From assembly GCA_016926475.1 (NCBI GenBank), contig JAFGON010000021.1, positions 9,626-73,625 of the forward strand: a stretch of DNA of 64,000 bases, in the 5' to 3' direction. Position numbers and translations under genes: made by a program. The stretch is from a candidate division WOR-3 bacterium. GTDB taxonomy: Bacteria > SDB-A. The notes below the pieces were generated by a model. That model saw nothing but the letters and a program-made list of their open reading frames with translations. It did no database searches and had not been told where the DNA came from. Numbering within the stretch: the stretch's first letter is position 1; each line of letters begins with the position of its first letter. Below, piece by piece: positions 38,629 through 47,217 of this stretch.

Positions 38629-39621
38629 CTATTCACCCTCGGTGAGTTGTATCAGCGCTTCAGTCCCCTTTTTCCCGCTCCTTATTTGGATTGAACCTCC
38701 CATTTTGAACAGGAGGTTTTTTACTATTGTCAAACCCATGCCGGTGCCTTTGGGTTTTATGGTGTAAAAAGGAAAAAATATCTTTTCGCTTAAATCTTCT
38801 GAAATTCCTATTCCGTTGTCTGTAATTTTCAGAAATACCCCTGACTCAGAGAGCGACACTTCAATTTCAATTTTCGGGTCCTGGGAGCCTTCTACGGCAT
38901 CCATCGCGTTAGTTATCACGTTCAAGAGGACCTGCTGCAGGGCTCTTTCGTCAGCTTTTGCGAAAATAAACGGTTCGGTGTATTTAATGCTGAAGCCTAT
39001 CCGTCTCTTGGTCATGTCTGTGATAATCAACTTGGAAAACTTTTCAAAAAATGACCTCAAACTGAAAGTCTTCATCTTGATGTCCTCATGGGCGTTGAAG
39101 ACTTTAAACATCCTCAACAGATACTCAATTCTGTTAATCTCGGTCAAGACGCTTTCGAGATACTCCAATGTTTTTTTTTCCGGGAAATTCTGAATGTTTT
39201 CTCTTAGAACACTGGCCATCGTCTTTATAGAATTGAGAGGGTTTCCCACTTCATGAGAAAAGCCCGAGAAAATATATCCTATGTTGTCCATGGTCGCGGA
39301 TGCTTCGGCTATCTTTTGAAGTCTTTCTTTCTCGGTGATATCGTTGACAAGTATTGCCGCGTTTCCCTTCGGCGTCGAGTATATAGAATAGCCGAGGGTC
39401 TTTTCTCCGTAACGGATTTCTCTCTGTCTTTTCTCCGGCCACAGAAGGTTTTTCCCGCTGATGCCGAGAATCTCTAAAATTTCATCACAGGAAGATGTCT
39501 GAAGGATATTTAGCGCGAAATTGTTTACGAAAAGAGTCTTTCTTTTCTCCGCGTCTATCAGGATAAAACCTGTTTCAATCTTTTCGATGATCTCGACGCA
39601 TTCGATCTTTTCTAAATCCAA
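38629..39621 (-). CDS. Cytoplasmic sensor histidine kinase (PAS + HisKA + HATPase_c)
   Basis: No TM helix; H-box FSHEVGNPLNSI; DNGIGI...GTGMGL. Confidence 0.85.
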   Translation of the reverse strand: MDLEKIECVEIIEKIETGFILIDAEKRKTLFVNNFALNILQTSSCDEILEILGISGKNLLWPEKRQREIRYGEKTLGYSIYSTPKGNAAILVNDITEKERLQKIAEASATMDNIGYIFSGFSHEVGNPLNSIKTMASVLRENIQNFPEKKTLEYLESVLTEINRIEYLLRMFKVFNAHEDIKMKTFSLRSFFEKFSKLIITDMTKRRIGFSIKYTEPFIFAKADERALQQVLLNVITNAMDAVEGSQDPKIEIEVSLSESGVFLKITDNGIGISEDLSEKIFFPFYTIKPKGTGMGLTIVKNLLFKMGGSIQIRSGKKGTEALIQLTEGE

Positions 39622-39661
39622 AAAAACCCCCTGGCCTAATTCTAACAGAAGTTACAGGTAT

Positions 39662-42600
39662 TTAAAACAGGACTTTTATTCCCGTGGAGAGTTTTTGGTA
39701 AGTGCTTTCTTCAAACCTCTTTTCCCCTCCGTAAGAGAAGAAGAATTGTAAATTAGCAGATAAATAGGCGTTGGAGGTCAAATCCCAGTGCAAGACATAA
39801 CCCTGACAGTCGGTCGCCCTGAGTTGAGCCGGAATTGTTTTTGTAGAATAGAAGTTATACGTCAGCCCCAATGAAAAATCAGATCTTAAAGCCCCTGAAA
39901 GCGACAAGCCGCCTGACAGATCTGTTTTGTAAAGGTTGAATTCACCTATTCCCGGGTAATTCAGGTAACCCCTGTATTTTCTCGCCTCCAATTCGAAGAC
40001 AAGTCTTGGTTCAAGGCGGCCGAATTCCGCCCCTGCCAAAGTCTTTGTCGTAAACTCTTCGTAACTCGCCGTTTCGTCCAAAGAAAGCTTTCTGGAAGCA
40101 TGCCTGTAAAAAGATAAATCCTCCCGGAAGCGAAAATTGGAATCGAATTCGTATCCGGCTGACAAACCGCCCTTCGATCTTGAAATATCCTCTTCTTCGG
40201 GAGAGCTGAAATAGTTCTCTATTTCAAGATACCCCCATATTTCTGAAATTTCACGGATGTATCTCCGGAAACCTGCGCGTAAAATCCTCGAACCTTTTAC
40301 TGTGAAGTCTTGCTTCATGGTCTCTTCAGGATGAAAAACAGCCACGGCGAAGGAATTCTCTGAAGAATTTTGCTCAACAGCTTTTAATGAAAACAAGAAA
40401 AGAGTATTTCCTATCTCGGGAGAAAAATCTAAAACAAAGGAAACATCCGTCACCGGTAGAGAAGCGCCTGTCCGCTCCCACCTTCTTATGTATCTACCCC
40501 GAGGGTCAGGATAATAGAAATGGCCTGAGCTGTCATAACTGTAATTTCCTTCGTTTTCTTCAACCTCTTCGAAAATAGCCCTTCGAATATAATGTCTCGT
40601 TCTGGATAGAGAGTATTCCGTTTTCAGAAAAACTCTTCCCGAACTTGTCATCTGAAACACCGCTTTTCCCAAATAGAAAGAACTCTGCGGCGATGGGTTC
40701 AGGCGTCCGGGAAATTCCCTCTTTTTCGAAGCGTAAAACTCAGAAACGATACTGCTGCTTCTGTAAGACCCCTGAACACCCTCTTCCCTTCCGAGGCTGT
40801 ATCCTTCTTTTCTGTCCGCTGTACATATAATTTTGTCGTCGAAAAGCGCGAATACGCTGAAAACGAACCTTTCTGAGAGCAAAAAAGCAATTTTAGCCCT
40901 GGCTCTGTCCGTGACAAACTTCATTGAATCTTCAGCGTTCTCTCTTGAAAGAGTAAGTTCCGGCCTGAAAATAGAATACGCGCATCCGCCAGTCAAAGAA
41001 GTATTAACCATGTTTCTTGAATGCTCATACAATTCCGTGGTGGAGTCGATTCTCTGTTCGATCCTGCCCAAAGAAATATATTTTGAAGAGTTTCCCAAGA
41101 TAAGCGAAAGATATATTCTGCTCTTGTCGAAATCTCTGTTTTTTAGAACCCCGGCGTCGCCCCTAAAGACTATTACATTTTTCAAAGATAAGCTCAATTC
41201 CGATTTCCCCCAAAAACCTCCAGGACACAAAAATGACGAAAAATATTCAATTGGTGATTTATGTCCGTAATCATCAATCGGCGAAAATCTGTCTTCAAGA
41301 GAAACGATTTCCGATCCAAAACTGAAATTATCCCCTGACAGAGAAAGGTTTACGCCAGATGCGTAACCTTGGTTGTCCTCGTCGTCATCCCCGGAAAATA
41401 AATTTTTGTCGTATTCAGACATCGCTCCAGTAACAGAAAACTCGATGTTTCTGTTGCCGAATCCGGCAGACAAAGCTTCTACAGACTTGCTCTTTGCAGG
41501 GCTCACGCGTATCTTTGGGGTATAGTCGCCTGAATTTTCCCCTACATATCTGTACCCGGGAAGAGCGTCATCGTAAACATAATCCCCTTCGGTCGTATCG
41601 ACCTTAAGAAATGAAACTTCGTAAGAACCTTTTTCGTATCCTTTGTAAACGTATACTCCGCCTTCCAATTCGTATGACCCTCTTCTCTGACCCACAAAAA
41701 CACCGGCGTCGATCCATGCCTTGTCTATTGAGTCGCCGAGGTTCTCCAGGATTCCTATTGTCCTGTCGCTTAAGCTGAATCCGAAAGGCGCTTCTTTGAC
41801 GTCGAAAAGTCCGGCTCTGTCGTATTTGACAAAAAAATCTCCTAAAAGAGCTTTTAGCGATACTGAATGAGAAAACCTTCTAAAAGCGTTTCCCGAAGCT
41901 TTATAAAAAACGACCACTCTGTCTTCGTCTTCGAGTTCTACATCCGATGAAAACGTTATAAAAGCTCCGTTGAGGTTTACAATTCTGTAATCTTCCGAAC
42001 CGAGAGGTAGCCCGTTAAGATAAACCCTTTCACTTCCAGGGACTAAATTCCTGTTGTCTGAACTCTCTAGAATCGCGTAAGGTCCCTGAAAACCGAACTG
42101 GACCTCTATTGTGACAACTCTCGACTCCTCTTTAACTTCCCCGTAAGATGCCCCCGCCGAGAAATTCGAGCTGTTTATCTCTGCACGAGCTCCTAAAATA
42201 TCGTCGGATAACTCTCCCGCCAGACCTAAATACCTTTGTTCTTCGATATCTCCGAGTGAAGCGCAAAACACAGGAGATTCGAGGGAAAGAAGAATTTTAT
42301 CTAAATCTCCAAGCGGAACTGGGCCTTCATCTCCTCTACTGCTTATCTGTCCTCCGATCGACCAGTAGTCGTCTACTTCACCTGTGAAATTTACCGCCAA
42401 ATCCTGTCTGATTTCTCCTTTTCCGGCACCGTTCCAAGAAAAACCGAAAGTTTTTTCCCCGCCAATTTCAATTTCCTCATTTTCTTCCAGTGCATTTACA
42501 GCCTCCAAGTCCAAAACATTGGTTGTGTCTTGAATCTGAACAGGTGAAAAAACCGCGTAAACTCTTTGAGAAAACTCAAAAACAGGCACGTATTTAATCG

Positions 42601-42808
42601 TCAGTGTTTCCATAAACGTATCTGGGAAAAATATAGTTCCATTGACAGGGTCTATTTCAGCAGTTGGAACGAAGGGATCTATCTGAACCGAATTTATTAC
42701 AGCCGGTCCGTCGCTAAAATAGTGCAAACCCTGAAACGGCGGATAAATTGTATCTTGAGAAAAAACGAAAGCTTCGATAAGTAAAAAAAACGTCTGCACT
42801 ATATCCAA
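39662..42808 (-). CDS. Hypothetical giant outer-membrane beta-barrel-like protein (1048 aa)
   Basis: Hydrophobic N-terminus, Tyr/Ser/Gly/Phe-rich alternating pattern throughout, C-terminal ...GIKVLF with terminal Phe; no plug/POTRA motif seen. Confidence 0.5.
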   Translation of the reverse strand: MDIVQTFFLLIEAFVFSQDTIYPPFQGLHYFSDGPAVINSVQIDPFVPTAEIDPVNGTIFFPDTFMETLTIKYVPVFEFSQRVYAVFSPVQIQDTTNVLDLEAVNALEENEEIEIGGEKTFGFSWNGAGKGEIRQDLAVNFTGEVDDYWSIGGQISSRGDEGPVPLGDLDKILLSLESPVFCASLGDIEEQRYLGLAGELSDDILGARAEINSSNFSAGASYGEVKEESRVVTIEVQFGFQGPYAILESSDNRNLVPGSERVYLNGLPLGSEDYRIVNLNGAFITFSSDVELEDEDRVVVFYKASGNAFRRFSHSVSLKALLGDFFVKYDRAGLFDVKEAPFGFSLSDRTIGILENLGDSIDKAWIDAGVFVGQRRGSYELEGGVYVYKGYEKGSYEVSFLKVDTTEGDYVYDDALPGYRYVGENSGDYTPKIRVSPAKSKSVEALSAGFGNRNIEFSVTGAMSEYDKNLFSGDDDEDNQGYASGVNLSLSGDNFSFGSEIVSLEDRFSPIDDYGHKSPIEYFSSFLCPGGFWGKSELSLSLKNVIVFRGDAGVLKNRDFDKSRIYLSLILGNSSKYISLGRIEQRIDSTTELYEHSRNMVNTSLTGGCAYSIFRPELTLSRENAEDSMKFVTDRARAKIAFLLSERFVFSVFALFDDKIICTADRKEGYSLGREEGVQGSYRSSSIVSEFYASKKREFPGRLNPSPQSSFYLGKAVFQMTSSGRVFLKTEYSLSRTRHYIRRAIFEEVEENEGNYSYDSSGHFYYPDPRGRYIRRWERTGASLPVTDVSFVLDFSPEIGNTLFLFSLKAVEQNSSENSFAVAVFHPEETMKQDFTVKGSRILRAGFRRYIREISEIWGYLEIENYFSSPEEEDISRSKGGLSAGYEFDSNFRFREDLSFYRHASRKLSLDETASYEEFTTKTLAGAEFGRLEPRLVFELEARKYRGYLNYPGIGEFNLYKTDLSGGLSLSGALRSDFSLGLTYNFYSTKTIPAQLRATDCQGYVLHWDLTSNAYLSANLQFFFSYGGEKRFEESTYQKLSTGIKVLF

Positions 42809-43242
42809 GAGCGCGTGGCGAGAGAATATTCGATGATTTCATCTTCATCGAAAAATATTCCTATTTCGCGCGAAGCTGATCTGTCGGAATCAGAAGCGTG
42901 AATGATATTCTGCCTTATCCTCATTCCGAAATCTCCCCTTATGGTCCCAGAATCAGCCTTCATCGGGTCGGTTGCCCCGCACATCATTCTCACCACTTCT
43001 ATCACGTTTTCTCCCTCCAGGACCATGACAACCGAAGGTCCGGAGGTGATAAATTCGACTAGAGAATCGTAAAAATCCTTCCCCTGATGTTCTTTGTAAT
43101 GCTCCTGAGCTTTTTCTTTGGTTATGACAGTGAGTTTCATTGCGACTATTTTCAGTCCTCTTTTTTCAAACCTTGATATTATCTCGCCGATAAGTTCTCT
43201 CTGTAAAGCATTAGGTTTGATTATCACAAGCGTCCTCTTCAA
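42799..43242 (-). CDS. ndk: Nucleoside diphosphate kinase
   Basis: TLVIIKPNALQR...NIIHASDS catalytic His motif. Confidence 0.9.
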   Translation of the reverse strand: MKRTLVIIKPNALQRELIGEIISRFEKRGLKIVAMKLTVITKEKAQEHYKEHQGKDFYDSLVEFITSGPSVVMVLEGENVIEVVRMMCGATDPMKADSGTIRGDFGMRIRQNIIHASDSDRSASREIGIFFDEDEIIEYSLATRSWI

Positions 43243-43255
43243 AAATCCCTCCTTT

Positions 43256-44860
43256 TCATCTTAAATCGCCGCATGATCTTAAGGTTCTGGCGAAGTCCGC
43301 TTTTGTGGGCAAGTTTTTCTCGTCAAAAGCGAATACGTCTCCACTTTCCAAATCAGACAAAAAAACCCCTTCTTCTTGCTGTTTTGAGACAAAATGCCTT
43401 TTAGCAAAAAAAAGCAGCCATTCATCTTGTTCGCATATTACTGTTATAGAAGATCTCGCGAGTTCATGCCGTACAATGCGGTTAATATCCTCTCTTTGAG
43501 TTAGGACTGAGGCAGTGTGAGGGGAACCGATTATACTCTTGGTCGAAGAAATGGAAATCAACGTGGGGTATAAAATGCAGAATAAACCGGTAAACAAAAA
43601 ACATTTATCTGAAAAGATTGTTGAGATCAAGAAAAATAAGTATGAGCAAAATAATCCCACTATAAATCCGATGATTACACCCTCTCCTTTTTCAATATAA
43701 TTCAACAACAAAAAGAACGCCGACAATTTCCCGTAAATTCTTCCTGAAGAAAGCGCTTCCGGGTTCGAAAAAAGGTATAGGCCTCCTTTTCCCACATCGA
43801 TTTTATGTATTATTGGCGTAGAGGCATAACGCCTTTGACCACTTGGAACCAGTGAAATCATTCCATTCGTCAATGTCATATTCAAAGGCGTCAACTCTGT
43901 AATCATTGAGTTGACGCTGCCGGTAATCACCGGGAAAAATTGAGAGCTCTTTTTGATGTCCCAAACAGTATCTCCCTCTTTAAATTCAATGGAAGAAATA
44001 GAAAAAATTCGACGGGTGCTATCGGTGCGGAAAATTATAGCTGTTGAAAGTTCTGTCTGCGGCAGCAAATTGGAAAGCAGAATCAGGTTCCATGAGTTCG
44101 GTTTTACTACAAACACCCCTTTGTTTCCATTTTCAATCCAATCCAGTATTTTTTTTGTTTTCTCCGTCTCCAGTGATTCTGATACCACCCACACCTGATC
44201 GAATATTTGATTTTTACCGAGGGTGCTGATTTTAAAAACATCACATCTGCCGGCTTTCAAAAAGTTCTCTGCGTTCAAAAAAGTTCTGTCGAACTCATGG
44301 TCTGGTATATGATAAACGGAAGAGTGCTTTTTCAGGTTTTCATCTCCAAGAAACAGTATTTTTGGATTTTTTTTCACTTGACCAAAAAAGGGTATGACGC
44401 TGGAAAACAGCAACATCGTACCTATGAAGAGGGAAAGCCTGGATCTTTTTTGAACGTCGCTCCATGATAAAAAGAAACTGCAGGCAAAAAAGCCTATCAG
44501 GCAAGCCAGTGGATTTAAGGGTAAAACAACCAAAAGCGACAAAAGAGAAAAATAACTCTTTTTTCCATATCCCTTGAGGCTAAATGAAAGCCCGTAGAGC
44601 AAAGCTGAAAAATCAAAAATTATGGGATCTGCGTTCAGGTTAAAACCAGAAAGAATCCCCATAGTAGTCTTCATGAACATAAAACCAACTGCGATCAAAG
44701 CGAGGGTTTTTCTTTTTTCCCCTTCAAAAAACGCAATTGCTGAAAACAAGGCGACTAATTCGAAATAGTTGCCCAAAGGTGTCAAGAAAAGGAAAATGAC
44801 AAAAAAGCAGGAAACCCACCTTCCAGAACAAACCGAAAGAACGCAAATGGACAGAGCCAT
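43256..44860 (-). CDS. Hypothetical polytopic membrane protein with a large central soluble domain
   Basis: 534 aa; TM clusters at the N-terminus (about 5) and around residues 385-440. Confidence 0.45.
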   Translation of the reverse strand: MALSICVLSVCSGRWVSCFFVIFLFLTPLGNYFELVALFSAIAFFEGEKRKTLALIAVGFMFMKTTMGILSGFNLNADPIIFDFSALLYGLSFSLKGYGKKSYFSLLSLLVVLPLNPLACLIGFFACSFFLSWSDVQKRSRLSLFIGTMLLFSSVIPFFGQVKKNPKILFLGDENLKKHSSVYHIPDHEFDRTFLNAENFLKAGRCDVFKISTLGKNQIFDQVWVVSESLETEKTKKILDWIENGNKGVFVVKPNSWNLILLSNLLPQTELSTAIIFRTDSTRRIFSISSIEFKEGDTVWDIKKSSQFFPVITGSVNSMITELTPLNMTLTNGMISLVPSGQRRYASTPIIHKIDVGKGGLYLFSNPEALSSGRIYGKLSAFFLLLNYIEKGEGVIIGFIVGLFCSYLFFLISTIFSDKCFLFTGLFCILYPTLISISSTKSIIGSPHTASVLTQREDINRIVRHELARSSITVICEQDEWLLFFAKRHFVSKQQEEGVFLSDLESGDVFAFDEKNLPTKADFARTLRSCGDLR

Positions 44861-44977
44861 GAAAATCGCCGACAGCCCATATACTTCAATTTGCTGGAAG
44901 AGGAGAAAAACTGAAAGAGCCGAAATCGTTAAAATCGGGTTTTTAATTTTTTTCAGTTCAATCCTGGAAATGCTTTA

Positions 44978-46144
44978 TCAGCCTCCGAGTCTTTCTTTGA
45001 GCAAGTTTAAAAACATCCCAACCCCGAGCGTCAGAGCATCTTCGTCGATGTCAAAATAAGGAGAATGATGAGGGTGTGAGGCGGCTTTATCCTTGTTTCC
45101 CGACCCCAGAAACGACATCGCGCCTGGATATTTTTGAAGGTAGAAAGAAAAATCCTCCGCGACAGCGAGTTTTTTGTCGCTTACAACCTTTTTAATACCA
45201 TCGGTTCTAAGCGCCGCGTTTCGAAAATACTCGGAATTTTCCGTATGGTTGACCGTCGGAGGGTAGCTCGCAAAAAGTTTGAAAAGGGTTTTGACTCTGT
45301 AAGCACGTCCGATATTCTCCGTCAATTCTCTTACTCTTTTCAGGATCATGTCTCTTGTCGATTCGTTGAAAGCTCTGAATGTTCCGCTCAAAACAGCCAA
45401 TTCAGGGATGATGTTGTGGGCATCTCCCGCCTTAAACTGACCAACTGTTACGACCGAGCTCTCCAAAGGATCAGTGTTTCTGCTTACGACAGACTGCAAC
45501 GCGAGGACTATATTGGAAGCGGCTACAATGGGGTCGTCCCCGAGGTGAGGTTGAGCTCCATGAGATCCTTTTCCACTGATGATTATCTCGAATTCGTCCG
45601 CGGAAGCTAAAAATTCTCCTGACGGACAGATAAGAGTTCCTGTTTCCACACCAGAATAAAGATGTATGCTGTAAGCTTCTTTTGCTTTGTATTTTTCGAG
45701 AATTCCGCTTTCGACCACTTTTTGACCTCCGGCTCCGCCTTCTTCGGCAGGCTGAAAAACCAGAAGAACCGAACCTCTTAAGCCAAGGTCTTTCCGGGCC
45801 AGTATATCCGCTACTCCCAGCAGCATAGCCATATGCCCGTCGTGTCCGCAAGCATGCATGACGTTGTCGTTTTTGGAAGAATACGAAGCGCCGGTCTTCT
45901 CTTGAATTGGAAGGGCATCCATATCCGCCCTCAGAACAACACAAGGTCCTTCTCCGTAACTTTTGTATCCCGCGACAGACGTAGACACGAAATTATTTTC
46001 TACCTTGAATTCTCTTTCTATCAAATACTTCGAAATAAAACCGGCCGTCTCAACTTCCTTCCACGACAACTCGGGATTCATGTGAAAGTGCCTTCTCAGT
46101 TGGATCAAGTGGTTTTTAAAATTTTCAGAAATATAAGATTTCAT
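44978..46144 (-). CDS. M20D-family amidohydrolase (N-acyl-amino acid amidohydrolase / hippuricase-like)
   Basis: MHACGHDGHMAMLLG metal-binding motif; start taken at MKSYISE (ATG at 46144) because the longer listed ORF would run into tRNA-Leu. Confidence 0.8.
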   Translation of the reverse strand: MKSYISENFKNHLIQLRRHFHMNPELSWKEVETAGFISKYLIEREFKVENNFVSTSVAGYKSYGEGPCVVLRADMDALPIQEKTGASYSSKNDNVMHACGHDGHMAMLLGVADILARKDLGLRGSVLLVFQPAEEGGAGGQKVVESGILEKYKAKEAYSIHLYSGVETGTLICPSGEFLASADEFEIIISGKGSHGAQPHLGDDPIVAASNIVLALQSVVSRNTDPLESSVVTVGQFKAGDAHNIIPELAVLSGTFRAFNESTRDMILKRVRELTENIGRAYRVKTLFKLFASYPPTVNHTENSEYFRNAALRTDGIKKVVSDKKLAVAEDFSFYLQKYPGAMSFLGSGNKDKAASHPHHSPYFDIDEDALTLGVGMFLNLLKERLGG

Positions 46145-46156
46145 ACTTTTCCTTCT

Positions 46157-46238
46157 TGCCGGGAGTGGGAATCGAACCCACATGGTGTAAACCGGCGGAT
46201 TTTAAGTCCGCTGCGTATACCGATTTCGCCATCCCGGC
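46157..46238 (-). tRNA. tRNA-Leu (anticodon TAA), type II with long variable arm
   Basis: Sense = GCCGGGATGGCGAAATCGGTA...GCGGACTTAAAATCCGC...GGTTCGATTCCCACTCCCGGCA; anticodon loop CT-TAA-AA. Confidence 0.8.
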
Positions 46239-46244
46239 TTTTTT

Positions 46245-46316
46245 AGGCGGCGTCCGGACTTGAACCGGAGAATAGCGGTTTTGCAGACCGCCGCCTTACC
46301 GCTTGGCTACGCCGCC
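46245..46316 (-). tRNA. tRNA-Cys (anticodon GCA)
   Basis: Sense = GGCGGCGTAGCCAAGCGGTAAGGCGGCGGTCTGCAAAACCGC...GGTTCAAGTCCGGACGCCGCC; loop CT-GCA-AA. Confidence 0.8.
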
Positions 46317-46325
46317 ACAAAAAAA

Positions 46326-46398
46326 AGCGGGAGACGGGATTCGAACCCGCGACATCCACCTTGGCAAGGTGGCGCTCTACCAACTGAGCTACTCCCGC
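46326..46398 (-). tRNA. tRNA-Gly (anticodon GCC)
   Basis: Sense = GCGGGAGTAGCTCAGTTGGTAGAGCGCCACCTTGCCAAGGTGG...GGTTCGAATCCCGTCTCCCGC; loop TT-GCC-AA. Confidence 0.85.
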
Positions 46399-46409
46399 GA
46401 TTATTTTTG

Positions 46410-46437
46410 ATTTTATCAGAGGCAAACTTTGTGTCAA
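46410..46437 (-). promoter_or_regulatory. Sigma-70-type promoter for the tRNA-Gly/Cys/Leu operon
   Basis: Minus strand reads TTGACA-N16-TAAAAT, about 11 nt upstream of the tRNA-Gly 5' end. Confidence 0.5.
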
Positions 46438-46440
46438 GTT

Positions 46441-47217
46441 CTATCTAAAACCCATCGCTGTCGAAGCGTCTTTACCGAGAATCAAGATAACTCTGTCTTC
46501 CTTTAAAACTTCGGAAGGCAAAGAGACGCCGAGTGATTCATCTCCTGTGAAACGATCGCTGAGAATATTCATGTATTGAGGAAGGGTTTCCTCTGCTCTT
46601 GAAGAAGCTACTGAAATATCGTTCAGACAAGACATAAACAAAATATTGTCATCCCATTCCTTTCTATGCCTTGGCCAAAGCGCTCCTCTCTCCTTCTCTA
46701 TGGATCTGCAAGACGCGTGGATAAATATCGGTTTTTCTGTATTGGAAGAATATATATCCGACGGCCTGAAAAAAATCCTCCCTGGTGAAAAATAGAGGCA
46801 TTTGTGAAAAGGCGCTTCCAGGGAATATTTCCTCAAAAAAATTTCGCTTAAATAAGCCAGACATTCCATAATATCAGAAGTATCTTCATCTCGGGCTGTT
46901 GTATAGAAAATCCGGGTGGCAAAATTTTCAGGAGGAGAGAAGAAACTGTTTGCTTTTTCTATTTTGTAAATTCTGCCCGTCATGCTCAGAAAAGAGTCTA
47001 TTTCCCTGAGGTTTTGGTCAATAAAACCCGTAGCGACTGGCTGAAAAAGACTTGCATTGTTCACCACTATAACCCGCAACGTGTCTGAATGAATTTGCTG
47101 TTCTGGATCCAAAAAACCTCTTTTTTCACCTGTCAAATCGACGGGTTCGGGAACAGAACAGCCAAAAAGAACCGTCAACAGAAATAAAACCGCTGATTTG
47201 TCAATTCTCGATGACAA
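46441..47217 (-). CDS. Hypothetical lipoprotein
   Basis: Signal peptide with lipobox LFGCS; 258 aa; no known domain. Confidence 0.5.
   Translation of the reverse strand: MSSRIDKSAVLFLLTVLFGCSVPEPVDLTGEKRGFLDPEQQIHSDTLRVIVVNNASLFQPVATGFIDQNLREIDSFLSMTGRIYKIEKANSFFSPPENFATRIFYTTARDEDTSDIMECLAYLSEIFLRKYSLEAPFHKCLYFSPGRIFFRPSDIYSSNTEKPIFIHASCRSIEKERGALWPRHRKEWDDNILFMSCLNDISVASSRAEETLPQYMNILSDRFTGDESLGVSLPSEVLKEDRVILILGKDASTAMGFR

Noticed and set aside
45471-45944. Arg/Ser-rich 157-aa minus-strand ORF and other internal ORFs (1865-2296, 5121-5375, 32146-32553, 36373-36703 and similar)
   Set aside because: They overlap strongly supported genes in other frames and have low-complexity or biased composition typical of out-of-frame translation.
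45833-46448. ORFs 45833-46246 (+), 46243-46437 (-) and 46260-46448 (+)
   Set aside because: They span the three tRNA genes. The sequence folds into canonical tRNA-Leu, tRNA-Cys and tRNA-Gly cloverleaves instead.
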